Below, in pieces: positions 40,901 to 57,213 of a stretch of DNA of 64,000 bases; position 1 is the first letter of the stretch; every line of letters starts with the position of its first letter. The stretch is taken from positions 5,580,001-5,644,000 of the forward strand of contig OY986947.1 of NCBI GenBank assembly GCA_963920595.1, in the 5' to 3' direction. The notes below the pieces were generated by a model that did not search any database, was not told the DNA's origin, and was given only the letters and a program-made list of their open reading frames with translations. The position numbers were made by a program, and so were the translations under genes. The DNA is from Eimeria praecox (lineage: Eukaryota).

Positions 40901-41998
40901 TACCGACGCCGCATCCGGCGTCCTTGGAGGCCCTAAGGGGCCAAGAGAGCTTCTCTGCCGTTGACGGCGACCGATCCAGGGAGGCGCTGCTGTACACTGA
41001 GCTGTCTCTGCTGCCTGTGCTGTTGAGCCTGTTGTTGCATGCGTCGCTGCTACTTCCTCCCCTGCTGCCACCCCGTCCGAGGCCTCCGGCGCTTCAGGCT
41101 GGGAAAACTCAGCCTTCCCCTCTTGGGAAGCTGCGCATGGCCCATCCCATAATCCTGCTTCTTGCTGTGCTGCATCAGAAGCAGAAGTTGCACTGGAGGG
41201 GAAGACAGAATGGCCCATCCGTCCCTCGCGTGCCGGCACAGCAATAGCAGCAACAGCGGAGTACCTACATGCGTCTGTCGAAGACACTTGGGGCAAAATA
41301 GCCCCAAGCCAGGCTGCTGCGGCCTTTAAACAGCTGCGCGCAGCTCGGCCCCGACGGCGGCCTAAAGTAACATTGCTTCCTTGCACCTGTTCTACTCCCC
41401 TTTCCCTTTCATCGGCAGGCAACCTGCTGCTGCTGCTACCTTCTTCTGCGCCGAGAGAAACCCTAATGCTCCTTCGGCGTCTTCCCAACGTCCGATGTGC
41501 CTCTCTCAGAGCTTCTGAAGGCAAGGAATCCAATGACTCTGCACCTTTGGGGAGACCTTCACGTGCTCTGATGCCTGCATTGCTGTTGATACTTTCCATG
41601 CACATGGGCTGGTCAGACGTGCATTTGCTGGGGGGAGCAATACCCTGGCACGGGGAAGTTGGCACCGATGTGTTCACAAGAGTGTCCGGGTGTTCCGAGG
41701 GTTCTGCTGGCGCCTCTCTGGAGCTGTCTTCCGCCCTTCCATGGAAGCACCTGACCTTAACGAATAGTTGGCGCTGCTGCTGCGGGAAACTCCGCAGCTG
41801 ATGTCCATGCAGATGATGGCGTGGAAAATGCGGTGCAGACAAACGATCCAATGAGGCCGCCCACCGTCTAGCACAGTGAGGGACCCTCCTTCTCGTATTT
41901 GCAGCGAAGATACCAACAGGATATGCCCTTCGAACGATGGGTAGCGCGGTTGCTGCCGTTTTTGGAGCGCTTTTGTGGACAAGCCGGAAAGCATGCAT
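37940..41998 (-). CDS. Popeye-like membrane protein with split cyclic-nucleotide-binding domain, 1352 aa
   Basis: Single long ORF. It has three short TM segments (GSLLSLTATLMADMRLLR..AALWNVVFLVLN), then FSSDELDIFQRYFLPAGMSPRQFRRLL, a CNB-like barrel (VLQQEGSNCEMLCFVARGAVEI..STATCITETTVFCLD) and a C-terminal ADGVVQTGERKML..HEEALARLGW domain. The N-terminus is Arg-rich and acid-poor. Confidence 0.8.
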   Translation of the reverse strand: MHAFRLVHKSAPKTAATALPIVRRAYPVGIFAANTRRRVPHCARRWAASLDRLSAPHFPRHHLHGHQLRSFPQQQRQLFVKVRCFHGRAEDSSREAPAEPSEHPDTLVNTSVPTSPCQGIAPPSKCTSDQPMCMESINSNAGIRAREGLPKGAESLDSLPSEALREAHRTLGRRRRSIRVSLGAEEGSSSSRLPADERERGVEQVQGSNVTLGRRRGRAARSCLKAAAAWLGAILPQVSSTDACRYSAVAAIAVPAREGRMGHSVFPSSATSASDAAQQEAGLWDGPCAASQEGKAEFSQPEAPEASDGVAAGEEVAATHATTGSTAQAAETAQCTAAPPWIGRRQRQRSSLGPLGPPRTPDAASVGAMDFQFPILFNKAIKRLLKPLFRRAGQPGRQARTCSVSASIPASTPAAAAGGTHNGQRPRLPPRVLLRSWRPFSKAQSVVGPRQVMHARQQQLQTLQQQLLQEGPVVGEQLRAATAPQQLQQQPECQQQQQQQQHEEHDSIQTTELKATTKQENAVVHGASCEGSLPASPPESEPAGAAGSGALQGFEGQSGNQNEDGRKDVLPSMVDASPPDAVQEQVVKGHHLPEQAKEEQFQKGIAAGRAAAESAAPLNKAAGRGTSRAGPARRPLPICFVRQRISTLYGQLRAFLAPYCTTLSEWTYRNGNVVVTAGSLLSLTATLMADMRLLRTFNLLAGFCYFSYNWSRRPRLTDAALWNVVFLVLNTVMLWRVHTEHREVSFSSDELDIFQRYFLPAGMSPRQFRRLLRQGSWRTFPQGYVLQQEGSNCEMLCFVARGAVEISQGGEIVDTYRGGETGAVLGVEPFLSYVADLRRLSAKRVKHTAVSSPETLASHADESPEGLQRPQQIVPAVVVGCDIQQGISKNQMQQSQQQQQRCTKEGGGRADNGEVIGNTERAVAPKSRAFVAGQNGKTSRQHEQLSQQKLSEKSSQSSSESPRQRSAVKAPSCASSGSNGTLDSGEEPSPGISIVVAAAEAAATAAAAVRTHAATALLNEAPPAPETQVPARTPAKASTATALVQGGVSSAAEGARHVAEAAAAAAAAAVAAAADAASLSEVSQNRRTSTERGPQRQPPLHERSPPVKGESDDVDGAREEGTVTAPSTATCITETTVFCLDLKELAAFVLREPGNLGFPVVQGLTTLLVNRSRAQAARLAILSYDAFLAGVFADGVVQTGERKMLEEFRRKRAISQAQHEEALARLGWTPEEFERGSQASTGVLSRMAYGLGSFLRGSPESQGAGEGDLQQLHQANTSGRAHRGEDALHCVGPPLLEDWELVEDERALPPQPAPADRRSATGAANTGEACINKECFGDAVSYAFEAETTSFH

Positions 41999-44900
41999 TT
42001 CTCTCCTTCACATCGCTGAATGACTCCGGAGAGAGAGTGACAACGACGCCAGTTTCCTATAGACAGCGCACGAACCTACCTTTGAACTGGGGGCACTGTA
42101 CAAAGAAAAACCGTCATATAAAGCTGATATCAGTTGTTATATAATTTCCTGTACCTTCACAAAGTCGCATGCCACGCACAGCCTGGAAGGCTCGCAAGGC
42201 TCCTGCGATGAATCTAGTGAAGGCTTCTGAACGCAGGCTGCTTCCGTTGGGTCGCAGTCCACACGTGAGACGTCTATGATGTTAAGTTCAGCCAGAAGTA
42301 ATAAAAAGACAGGGATGGAGGTAGAGTAACACCAGCACGCAGGTCCTGCAGCGACTTTGGCTGCCGACTGTTTGCGGCCCTGACTCGCCTCCGGGACCTC
42401 AGCCAGAGTCGTTTCAATAGAGGAAATCTGGAAGAGTGACGCAGGCATAACTCATCTCATACTACTGAAACGACAGAAAGCTCCGTAAAGAGCGTGTAGA
42501 GAGGGGAGAGTGAAACCACCCCCAGAACTTGGTCAGAACAGCCCTGTAAAGCGGCCACCCCTAGAGCTAATGTGCAACTTAGTGCGTTTGTAGCAGCAAA
42601 CCCCTTTTTCAAGAGCATTGAATGGCATAGAGATGTCACTGATATGGACTAGTGTGGTTACATAGAACGCAGAATGGGTGTGGTATGGCTGGTTCTAATT
42701 TCAACTTTCAACTATTGCCAAATCAGTAGTAGCAGGATCTGCCTCAGTTGCTCCATCCTACATCTGCCCAGGATGGCTACTTAAGACCAACTATGTGTTT
42801 AATAATTGTCAACAATGTTAGTGGATGCATCAGAGGGAGAGTTGAGTACTCCCGTGTGTGGGATAGCCTTGCAGCCGAAGTGGCACTACGGCGGGATAAG
42901 GCCATCCCTTGTCCTTACCAGTTCAGGCCTCTGGCTCCTTCTCACAGGATGCCTTGGGCCTGGAGGGATACCACCGGTTTTCTGAAGAGCTGTAGAGTTT
43001 TCTCTGTGGTATTGGTGCTCGTATCCCTACGTGCTCGCAGGGTGACTACGGGAGATCAAATAAATTGCTTAAAGGCAGTCTTCACTTCAGTCTGCAATGC
43101 TAGCGCACGCAACAAGGCGGCATTGGTTGTGCGTGCATGCGGGGATGTCCTGCAGCACGAGCTGCAGCAAGGTGCGTTGCAGCGAGGGCAGGCCTGCCCC
43201 TGTCCTCATGAGCCGACGCTGATGGCCCGTTGTGCCCAAGGCCCCCTGAGGCTGGAGGGGATGGCAGTTGCTTGGGGAGGAAATCATTATTTAAGTCTTA
43301 GCCTAGGACCCTCGCAAGCTTAATAGTGTCAAAGTCCGAGGGCTTTCCGTACACTTGCTAGCACTGCAGAGTTCATAGAGGCAGGCGCCATCAAGCAACC
43401 CCACTCTCCCGCAGCAGGGCTGCTTAGTGAAGAGCATAGGCCTATTAGAAAAAGGAGAAGGCAGAATTCAAAAAGTCGTAAACGCCTTCCTTTTAGAATC
43501 CTTATCAAAACCTCATCCCTTTCCCCTTACAAACTGAATATTGAATATGAGCTGTCTGCCCACTGGTGGGGAAGCGACTTACGGTCAGGTTCCCAGATGA
43601 GCAGATACAAGCTCTATTTCCCCATCCCACCCGGTAGAAACCGGATTTCCACAAAGAGCATTACATGAAGAACGCCTCCGCCTCTGGAGGCAATCCAGAT
43701 AGGGGACCCGTACTGTGGAGGCGGTAGAGGCGTGGTTTCCTCGGCTTCTAGCTTCGTCTTCTAACCGCATAGGAAGGCTCACAATTGATATTAGCATGTG
43801 CCTTTTAAGAAGAGGATGCACGACGATGGTGGCTACACCTGAGCAAATTTTCCGCTATCCGTGAAGACAACACGGCCATGCAAGCCTCCCGCGACGCTTA
43901 GCAAGGCAGGTTTATTCCCATTCGTACAAGGGAACAGGCTATGGCAGAACTTAGAAAACTTAAGCAAGGGAAGCTGCCAATTGAACGCTGCGTCGAGACA
44001 CACCACTCATTGGTGCATAGCAGTCCAATAGATGTACTTTTCAAGTGGTTTATAGCCGGCCTGTTCCCCAGAGAGGCACAATAGATAAGCAGCTGGGCTG
44101 CGGATAGAAAACTAAAGGGAAAAATAATTGGTTTGGCAACCGATTTAGAGCCTGTGGACGTTGGGGCTGATGTTGGGGTTGTGAATGAGGGACCCGTAGA
44201 GAAAGGGAGTAGAAGCGATACCCGACAACAACCAACGAATATAGCACCCAGGAAGCCGGGAGGGCTTATGGAGCAGCATACTGTCGGACCGCTTGCCCAA
44301 GGGCATCAGCTGGTGGAGATACGGGCAAACCTGTCGAGGTGCCACGCACCTTGCTGCACCTAGTGTTCCATGCACGGGTTGCACACACTTCCATTGCCCC
44401 TTTTTTTAACCTGGCATCGTACACTGTGGTGGAGATTGTCTTTAAACACCCATTTTACCTTCGGGAGTCAGCATAAGGACAAGCCGGCATAGAAGTCCCA
44501 ACATCACGCAGAGCATGCTACGCTTTTACGTAAGTACAATCCCCCTCTACAGTTGATGATTCGCGTTTCACTTCGTAGCAGTACACAGTTTTCAAGTGCA
44601 GACGCGGCCAGCGAACCCCACCTCCACGGCTGAGCAACCTGGTGTATAGCACTGACTACTCATGAATAAGTGCCTCCCCTCTTGCTCACTGCCCAGGTGT
44701 GACGGTCGGCGCATCTCTGGGGCAGCGCCTATTCTTCATCCGTATGCACTTGACGAGCCACAGTTGGCATCTGCTCTTGTTGAAGGGGAGGCACAACAAT
44801 GGTGACAGCGCCCGAGCAAGCATACCGCTTTTCGGAGCGCATCAAGGCAAAATAATCGTGGCATGGGATTTGTTGTACGCCTATCCACGGGTAAGGAATC

Positions 44901-46362
44901 AAGTAGGTGGTTGTAAAATGGAAAAAGCACAAACATGGGGTGGTGCTTATGGGATGCTACAATTGGCATCTGCGAATCCGGCGTTCGGAAAGTCAAATGG
45001 AGCGTCTGTTTCGTTTTCAGAAACGTTTCGAAAGCAGATCACAAGACTGGGTAACTGGAAAACTGAATAATCAATGTGTTGAGCAGTGTTATTAAGAGAA
45101 TAATCAAGGCCATCCAGGAAACTCCCTGGCCCCCACACGGCAAACGCAGCTGAGTGGATAATTGATCCGAAGCGGGTCAGTAGGAGCCCTGTTGCCTGTA
45201 GATTCATCGAACCAGATTGGTGCTTATTGAAGTTCATATTAATGACCACGGGCTTGTTACCTTTAGCCCTTACAGGCTGCGAAGTGAAACTGACGCGTGA
45301 AGATAGGCGAGGAGGCGTAGACTACCTGCCCATTGGATGGCCTAATGACTACCACTACACTTCGCCTATGGCACACAGGGCAGGAGCGTCCGTAGAAAGA
45401 TGCGTTTTAAAAGCTCTCTCGATTCAAGAGGGCCATAATGGCCGGGCACGGGGCTTTTCCGTTCGATCAGTTCACGAAATAATCCCAAGCATGCCGTAGA
45501 GGACTTTGTGGAGGGCGCGCGTTTGCCTCCTTCTGAAGACACTACTGACCTTAGGAAGCAACGAAAGCGCCCAACGTTCGTCTCCTGCAACCACATCTGG
45601 ATGCTTTGTCGTTAAAGGATTAAAGTTAATGCCACAATACAAAATTAGCGATGAGACTCCCCCGCGGTGTGTAGCGATGCCACCAAAAGCAATGAAGAAG
45701 CGCATGGAATCTGCCGCGATCGTTCTACAAAGATCGCGATTAGGTGCGATTTGACTCAGTTGACACCCGAGTAAGGTTAGAAGCGTGCACAGTTGGGGTA
45801 AGATTTTCCAAAATAGTGTCAACAAGGGGCTTCCAGTGGGAAGACCATTCGTTGGTAGCCCAGCGCACCTCATCGAACTCATGCCCGACACAGCTCCAAG
45901 CTCTGCTCTGAGGTGCAAGAAGCCTACGCATCTTGAAGAGGAAGTATACAGGCAACTGGAAGAACAGATTAGGAAAGCAAAACTGTACCCGGCAAATGGC
46001 CCGATTGGATGCATCCGGGGCTGACGGAGGAAAAGAACGAGAGCTGGTGCATCTGCACCCACTTCCAGCCCCTCAATAAAATCATATGGAAACAAACGTT
46101 CGATGTCCTATATCGACGAACTTCTTGGCTGCCTGAAGAGGCCATCACTCTGCTTGTGATGAATTTTCAAGTGTCCCGATGCATCCAGACGACACGGGCT
46201 AGATTGCCCTCCATAGCCGCACTTGTATACGTGAGTACCCCTGCATTGCCTCTACCACGAATGCGCCTGCCAAAATTTAATAATGGGTCAATCACGCTTT
46301 CTAGGGGCTACTCGATGAGGGGTGGATGATTATATAGACGGACGGCGCCAAGGAGTAATGTC

Positions 46363-46413
46363 CAGGAGCACTTGCAGCATTTAAGGCGTACTTAAGTGCT
46401 GCAAGTGCTCCTG
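46363..46413. repeat. 23-bp-arm hairpin within RT remnant (mirror copy at 62856-62906)
   Basis: caggagcacttgcagcatttaag-gcgta-cttaagtgctgcaagtgctcctg; one T/G mismatch. Confidence 0.92.
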
Positions 46414-48007
46414 CACACAGAGTAGACTGAGCGATTCGCGGCTGCTACCCCTGTACACTCGCAAGGGCTTACAGAAGTTCCTTGGTGTCGAATCGTACTA
46501 CGGCAGCTTCATCCCTGGATTCGCTCCCGCTGGCAGCCCTCTGACGGATCCACATAAATGGAAAACAGCTTAGTTGGACGGTGATGGAGCCACCAGAAAC
46601 TTCATCAGGCAGCTGACGGTGTGTCCAGTAGTCGCACTCTCTGATTTCGAGATGCATTGCTTCCTAACGGCCAGTACCAGTGACAAACAGGAGCGTTGAT
46701 GTTCTCTCATTGGCAAAGCACTAAATAGTCGCCTGATACTCATATCACTTAACAGAAGCATCCGCTACGTGAGAAGGAGCTATGCCCGGTCTGGTGGAGA
46801 GTGAAACAGTTCCGGTATTACTTGCATATCAAGCGCTTCGCTGTTAAAACCCCTCATCAATCCCTGACACAGCTGAGGAGGAGCTTTCAAGAATTTGGTA
46901 GTGGAAGCGTCGGTAGGTAGCACTGGCGGCTTACGCAGTGCAACTTTACAGTCAAGCATATTACCAGCATCGCGAACGTCGTCGCTAACGCATTCTCTCG
47001 ATCCCCACCAGGTCAGGTACCGTTTTCTGCAACTGTGCTTATCTGTGGGAATTCCCATTTTCCCTCTGAATTACTTTCTTGTTACGCCTTAAATACTCAT
47101 GCTGCAGGCCTCACCAAGATGAGCAGCGGGCAGCGTGTTAAACAGTACAACGTCGCCAACGATGTCTTTAGGCACTGGATGAAGGTGAATACGCCGATTA
47201 TACGCTCTAGATTCGCCTAGCACAGATGGCTTTTGCAGAATACATGATCCGATTTGACCTGTTCACGGAGGTGTCAGTTCAACTTCGGAGCTGATTGCTA
47301 CGATTTTTGGTGGCCTAGCAAGCGCGCCCCAGCTAAAAACCATGTCGTCATCTGCCTAGCAGCAGCCGCAGAAGCCTCGGAACGCTCTCACACTTGAAAT
47401 CTTGCAGAATCCTCCGAACCTAGAACGGAATTGGATGCATACCTCTGTTGAGATTTCATAAAGTGTTCACCAACAGTTAGAGGCTGCTAGCATCTAGACT
47501 GCGGTGGACAGACTCAGCAAATATCACTTCATCCCACGCCCGAATCCCATTTACCGCAGAAGAAGCTAATGCATTATTCATAGTTCACCTTTAAAAGTTC
47601 TCCAAAAACATGGTTCCTGGTTGGGGCCCGAAGGTCGCTAGCGCTTTCTGGGACGTATTCGTGGAGCGGCTCACTATCAGCCATTAGCATAACCACCGTG
47701 AATCATGCAGCAGCAGACGGTCAAATACCTGAACACACCAACAACACGTTTACGGAATATTTGTCACTTCTTACGGAGCCAAATTCATTGCAGTGGTTTG
47801 AGTGCCTTGCAGCAAAGGTTTACAATACAACAGCGGGCTCTTCGGTCCGTTTCACCCCAGCATTCGTAATCTACATTGAAGCTCCGTTCTCTGACCAGGC
47901 ATTAGACCTGGCTATTAAAAGCCAACACCGAACAGCTGCACCTTCCGACTTTCAAACCGAGCTTGCAGCAGCGCAGGAATGCATGAGAAGAACCAAAGAA
48001 CAGCTGG

Positions 48008-48416
48008 TGTAGTGCACAGGCACTACAATGGATCTCTGGTGTGGCCCCTAGAGGCCTAATATCTTGAAAAGGAATGAACACTATAGAAGATTTCAGCGAT
48101 TAGGACACGTTTAGATAGAAAGGCAGCTTAATAGGATCAGAGTGCTCGCCAGCCGGCACCAGCTTGGGGCTGGGTGTGAGGCTGTTGCTTTGACTCTGGA
48201 CCTGGCCCTCAGCGAAGGTCAGGGAATCAGTTCTATTATTCTGGGTTCTCCTTAGGGAACAATAATAGAAACTCGGTCACATATGTGGTAGTTAGCTGTG
48301 TTTATTAGTTGTTTCAGCGATAATCATAGGTTTGAGTGCAACATAGTAGCGTGTGCACCTATTCTGTCTACTTAGGGATCTATCGTAGTAACAGTGTAGG
48401 CCAGCTGTTCACTACA
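48008..48416. mobile_element. Solo LTR (409 bp) nested in the integrase remnant
   Basis: Termini TGTAGTG...CACTACA; flanks GCTGG/CCTGG (4 of 5 TSD match); integrase-like reading resumes after it; same family as 3501-3900. Confidence 0.88.
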
Positions 48417-51121
48417 CCTGGCCAGGAACTACGGCAACAGCCGTTCAGTTGTTTTTAATTCACGTGACCGGGTTGTAGGAGGTCCGTGCGCTCTTCAAAA
48501 CGCACAGGAAAATGATAGGGCGAAGATGCTCAACACGCGTCGGATAGGGCCGTTCTCTGGTTGTTACCGGGTTAATGCGTTTGACTCCGTAGTAGACTTA
48601 GCCCCAACGTCGATATAGTGCCGCACTATCAATGGTTTTCTCGAAAGGTTCAGGGAACCACCGAAAATTCTCCAGAGTCGCAGCACAAAAGCAGCAACTC
48701 GACAGCGAGAGTGAGCGACTGGACGGGACGAAGTACCGTCGACGAAGTACCTGAACGCATGTGTATCCACTCTCGGGGGCCAGAACACGCGAATGTTCTG
48801 TCAAGCGGCCCGCGAGCCAACAGACCGAGTGGGCTTCTGAGGACTGCTTGCGTTCAGCGATTTCTCGAAACAGTCCAGGGGCACTCCCCCAGTCATTGGC
48901 AGAAGCTGAAAAACTCGGGCATATGCGGCGCTGCTTAAATTTGCGTTTTCATGGTCTGTACAAGGAAATGCCCTGATAAGGGCCTCCCAGGTTCAGCTTA
49001 CTAATGCACTATTTTAAGGGTGCCCACAAGCGCAAGATGCTGCACGATGCGGTTTCTCTACTTCGTCTTGTACCTGGGAAAAGCTTCCACGCGCTGGGAA
49101 GTACGTCAAGAGATTTTTGAGAGTCTTAACGTCTTCAGTTTTTGTCAACGAGGCTGCTGTATTCTTGAATGTGAGTGCCGATACAGGCTCATCCCAGAAT
49201 GAACCTGTGACAGCACTAAACGAGACCGAGGAACTCCTGAACGGGCATGCATGGAAGCGGGAAGACTCCAAATGGGCTTCACCTTTACGGGCTCTGGCTA
49301 AACTTGCGATGCTGGCACGAAGTCATACGAAACTAACCACCTGAAGAATGGACACTTCTGCGCTCTCACAATGGACTGCTCTCCAAGCACGTGCTGCAGG
49401 GTACACTCCATGGATACGGTTCCCTGAATGGGGCCCTTCGCAAGTGCGTGGCAACTGAGAGCATCAACTTCTTCGTTGCTCCCGACAACACTTCTGTCGG
49501 TTCGGATACGCACCGTTGCAACTCCTTTGCTGTGGAGGAGGCAGTAGCGGATGGAATGGCTCAGGTGCCACTTCAGGACTGAATTCTTGCATAAGCCTCA
49601 ACCATGTAATCTGGTGAGCTTCTGCGCGCCCCCCTACCCCCCACTAAACTCATCAAGCGATGCCTTTGATTATTCCTAGAAGGGTTGTTGGAGGCGCCGG
49701 CACGCCTGCCATGAGATACAACGCAACTTGCTGCAACTAAGACTGCACGGCAGCCCCAGCGCCACAGGCACCCATAACCAATCCCCCTCTACTGCATGCA
49801 CTAACACTGTAGGCTATAATGCTGACGGCTGTTGAATACTTACCTAGCCACTAGTACGCTGCCTGGGCTCAAGTTGTACTGCGTGCACCAACTTCAGAGA
49901 AGCCATGCTGAAGAGAAAATCCTAGGCCTTATCCGAAGGCCGTCATGAGCTAAAATGAAGCCAAATGCATGAAGGAGTTTGCAACATACAGCTGACCTCC
50001 CCTCCCTCTTCATGGATACAGCGGCCAAAGGGCCTGGATATGGACGGGAGATATGACCTGCCTGAAGTGGGCGGCAACGCATCTGTTTGCAACTTGTGCA
50101 TCTAGACAGCCACCATGCGCACACAACCAATCATTCTGCCGCAAGCGCCCGCGTTGTAGCATGTAATGTGTCGTTATACATTCTCCTGACCTGCAATAAA
50201 CAGCCTGTGACAGCACGGATATGAGCACCAGCACCACACAGGCACATGCTGTATACAGAGAGGCGACCACTCAAGGGAACGGCAATAAACTGAGCAAGCC
50301 TACACGCCCCATGCATAGCTTCGAAAATCGACTGGTTTTGGAACTGAGTCTGTATTGTTAGAAACCAAAGCTGACAGAAGTCAGCCCATCTAGCAGACTG
50401 ACAGCGTCGGCACCTCGCCGAGCTCGGCCACTCGTTTTGCGTAGCGTTCGACAACCCAGTCCGGCTTCAGGCAAGACAAATGAAGGCTGGGGAAAGCTAA
50501 CTAGCAGCAGAAATTTATTCTGCATTGTACGCTGTTCCTGTGTGGGCCACTAGGACAGAGATTCTGAGTTGTGGGGCCCCCGCAGCTGGCCAGAGCGCGA
50601 AGGCGCAGGGAACCAGCGATGGAGTGCACAGACTTATTGAGACATGCCATGGCAAGTAATCATAATATCAACACAGTATCCAGTTTCTGGGAAATACGTG
50701 CGGGAAGTTTACTGGGAAACTACTCACAGAATATCTAGCCTGTTCAGAGCATCGGGACTGGTCGGGAGGTATTCCCCGTGAGTGGGCTCTATCCAGCGTC
50801 AAAATTTCAACTGAATTATTGGGGTCACTGCGCCAGAGAAGATTTTGCAGGGAGCAACAGAATAACTCTGATGATGCTCTGCTGATGAGCACCTTTAACG
50901 GAGGCTGTTGTCCCTTCTTCAGCTTGCGCGACCCCCAGCTCCGCTGGACTGTCGCCCTTGTAGCAATCTGCTGGTTTAGCAAACTGCTTATTTCTCATCT
51001 TTAGCGTTTCCCTGGAGACTTGTATTCTGGCTTCGTTTAGGGCAGTGTCTACGGTAGTTGTGCACACTGCGGGGAATACTATCTCTTCTCAACGCCGTTG
51101 CACAATACAAGGCTTCAGGAA

Positions 51122-56224
<5,103 letters not shown>

Positions 56225-57213
56225 CGCGCAGAGCTAAGCATGCGCTACCATTTCCGGGCACTGTCCGTGTCAGAAGCCACAAATACATACGATGCTAATA
56301 ACTAACGCGCCCGTGTTTTAACAGGCACTGCCTGTTGTCAAACAGGATCCCTTCTGGATTTGTCCTTTCCGGCTTCGCAAAGGCACGAAGTTCACCGTGA
56401 CTTGGCCAATAGTTTTGAAAAAGACTGGCGATTCTAGCCATGATGTACGGCAGAGCGGTAATGGCTCGTGGTTAGTAAATCCCTGCAAACCGATGCTACG
56501 AGAAGCCTAAGGGGACCTGCTGCGCAAGCAAATTGCGTCTGTCCACCTTGCGCATTCTGCCTGACCTGTCTTATTGTTTTCCGCGGGGCAATCGAAGACA
56601 CAAGAAACAGGTGCATACCAACAGCCAAACAGGCTCCCCAAGTAGATGGTAAGCGCACGAAAAGCCCCGGTGCCGCTTTTGCACAGCCTGCCCGACCGCT
56701 GGTACGGGTTCTCAAAACGCGGGAAAACTCTCCGCAAAAAAATCCAACAACTGGACGTTTCCCACCCATGGAGGAGGGAATCTTCGACACCCATTGCGAC
56801 CAGCATGGGCACAGAGACGCAACCGTCATAGCAAAGAAGTCATCGGCGGCTATGAATTTCCTCTGCAAACCTGTAGACTCAAGGTGCGCTGCACCGTCCC
56901 AGCTGCCGTTTTGCTCCGGCGGAATCGGCTTGACGGTCCCACGTATAGCTGCAGGTGTAAGCCCTAGTGCCATGGTAGGGGAAAGCAAGCAGACAGTGCT
57001 GGACTTTGCAATGCCATTCCTGACGTGTACGGGCGTAGCCATTTGAAGTCCATCTGCGAACAAAGCCAGCACCTCCGCCTTCAGGCTGCGGGGTACCGCC
57101 ACCCAAGCTGGCTTAGTTGGCAGTAGCTACCTTCTGATGCCGCAGTCGCCTGCTTCCCAACTCATTAGGTTGGATCTCTCTCCGCTTCCTAGCAATGAAC
57201 CTGGTAGAAGCAA

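Larger units (their letters stand above)
43600..48960 (+). mobile_element. Decayed Ty3/gypsy chromovirus-like retrotransposon (gag-pro-RT-RH-INT-chromodomain), boundaries approximate
   Basis: RT-like EEEVYRQLEEQIRKAKLYPANGP, EKNESWCICTHFQPLNKI, VDDY..QEHLQHLR; RNase H-like VVEAS, ELLSCYAL; integrase VDRLSKYHFIP, HAAADGQ..NNTFTEYL..YNTTAGSSVRFTP; GPF motif RRIGPF; chromodomain-like ECSVKRPASQQTEWASEDCL. Gypsy domain order with many stops and frameshifts. Confidence 0.85.
45269..49398 (+). repeat. Left arm of large inverted repeat (outer limit set by the window end)
   Basis: Position p pairs with 109269-p throughout; mirrored ORFs such as 45472-46095 and 63174-63797 are near-identical. Confidence 0.97.

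Noticed and set aside
42680..43570. Possible 5' LTR and PBS of the 43.6-49 kb element
   Set aside because: No matching 3' copy, TSD or tRNA-complementary PBS could be verified by eye.
45472..46095. 207-aa ORF and its twin at 63174-63797
   Set aside because: Antisense to the RT remnant; the duplication reflects the inverted repeat, not coding conservation.
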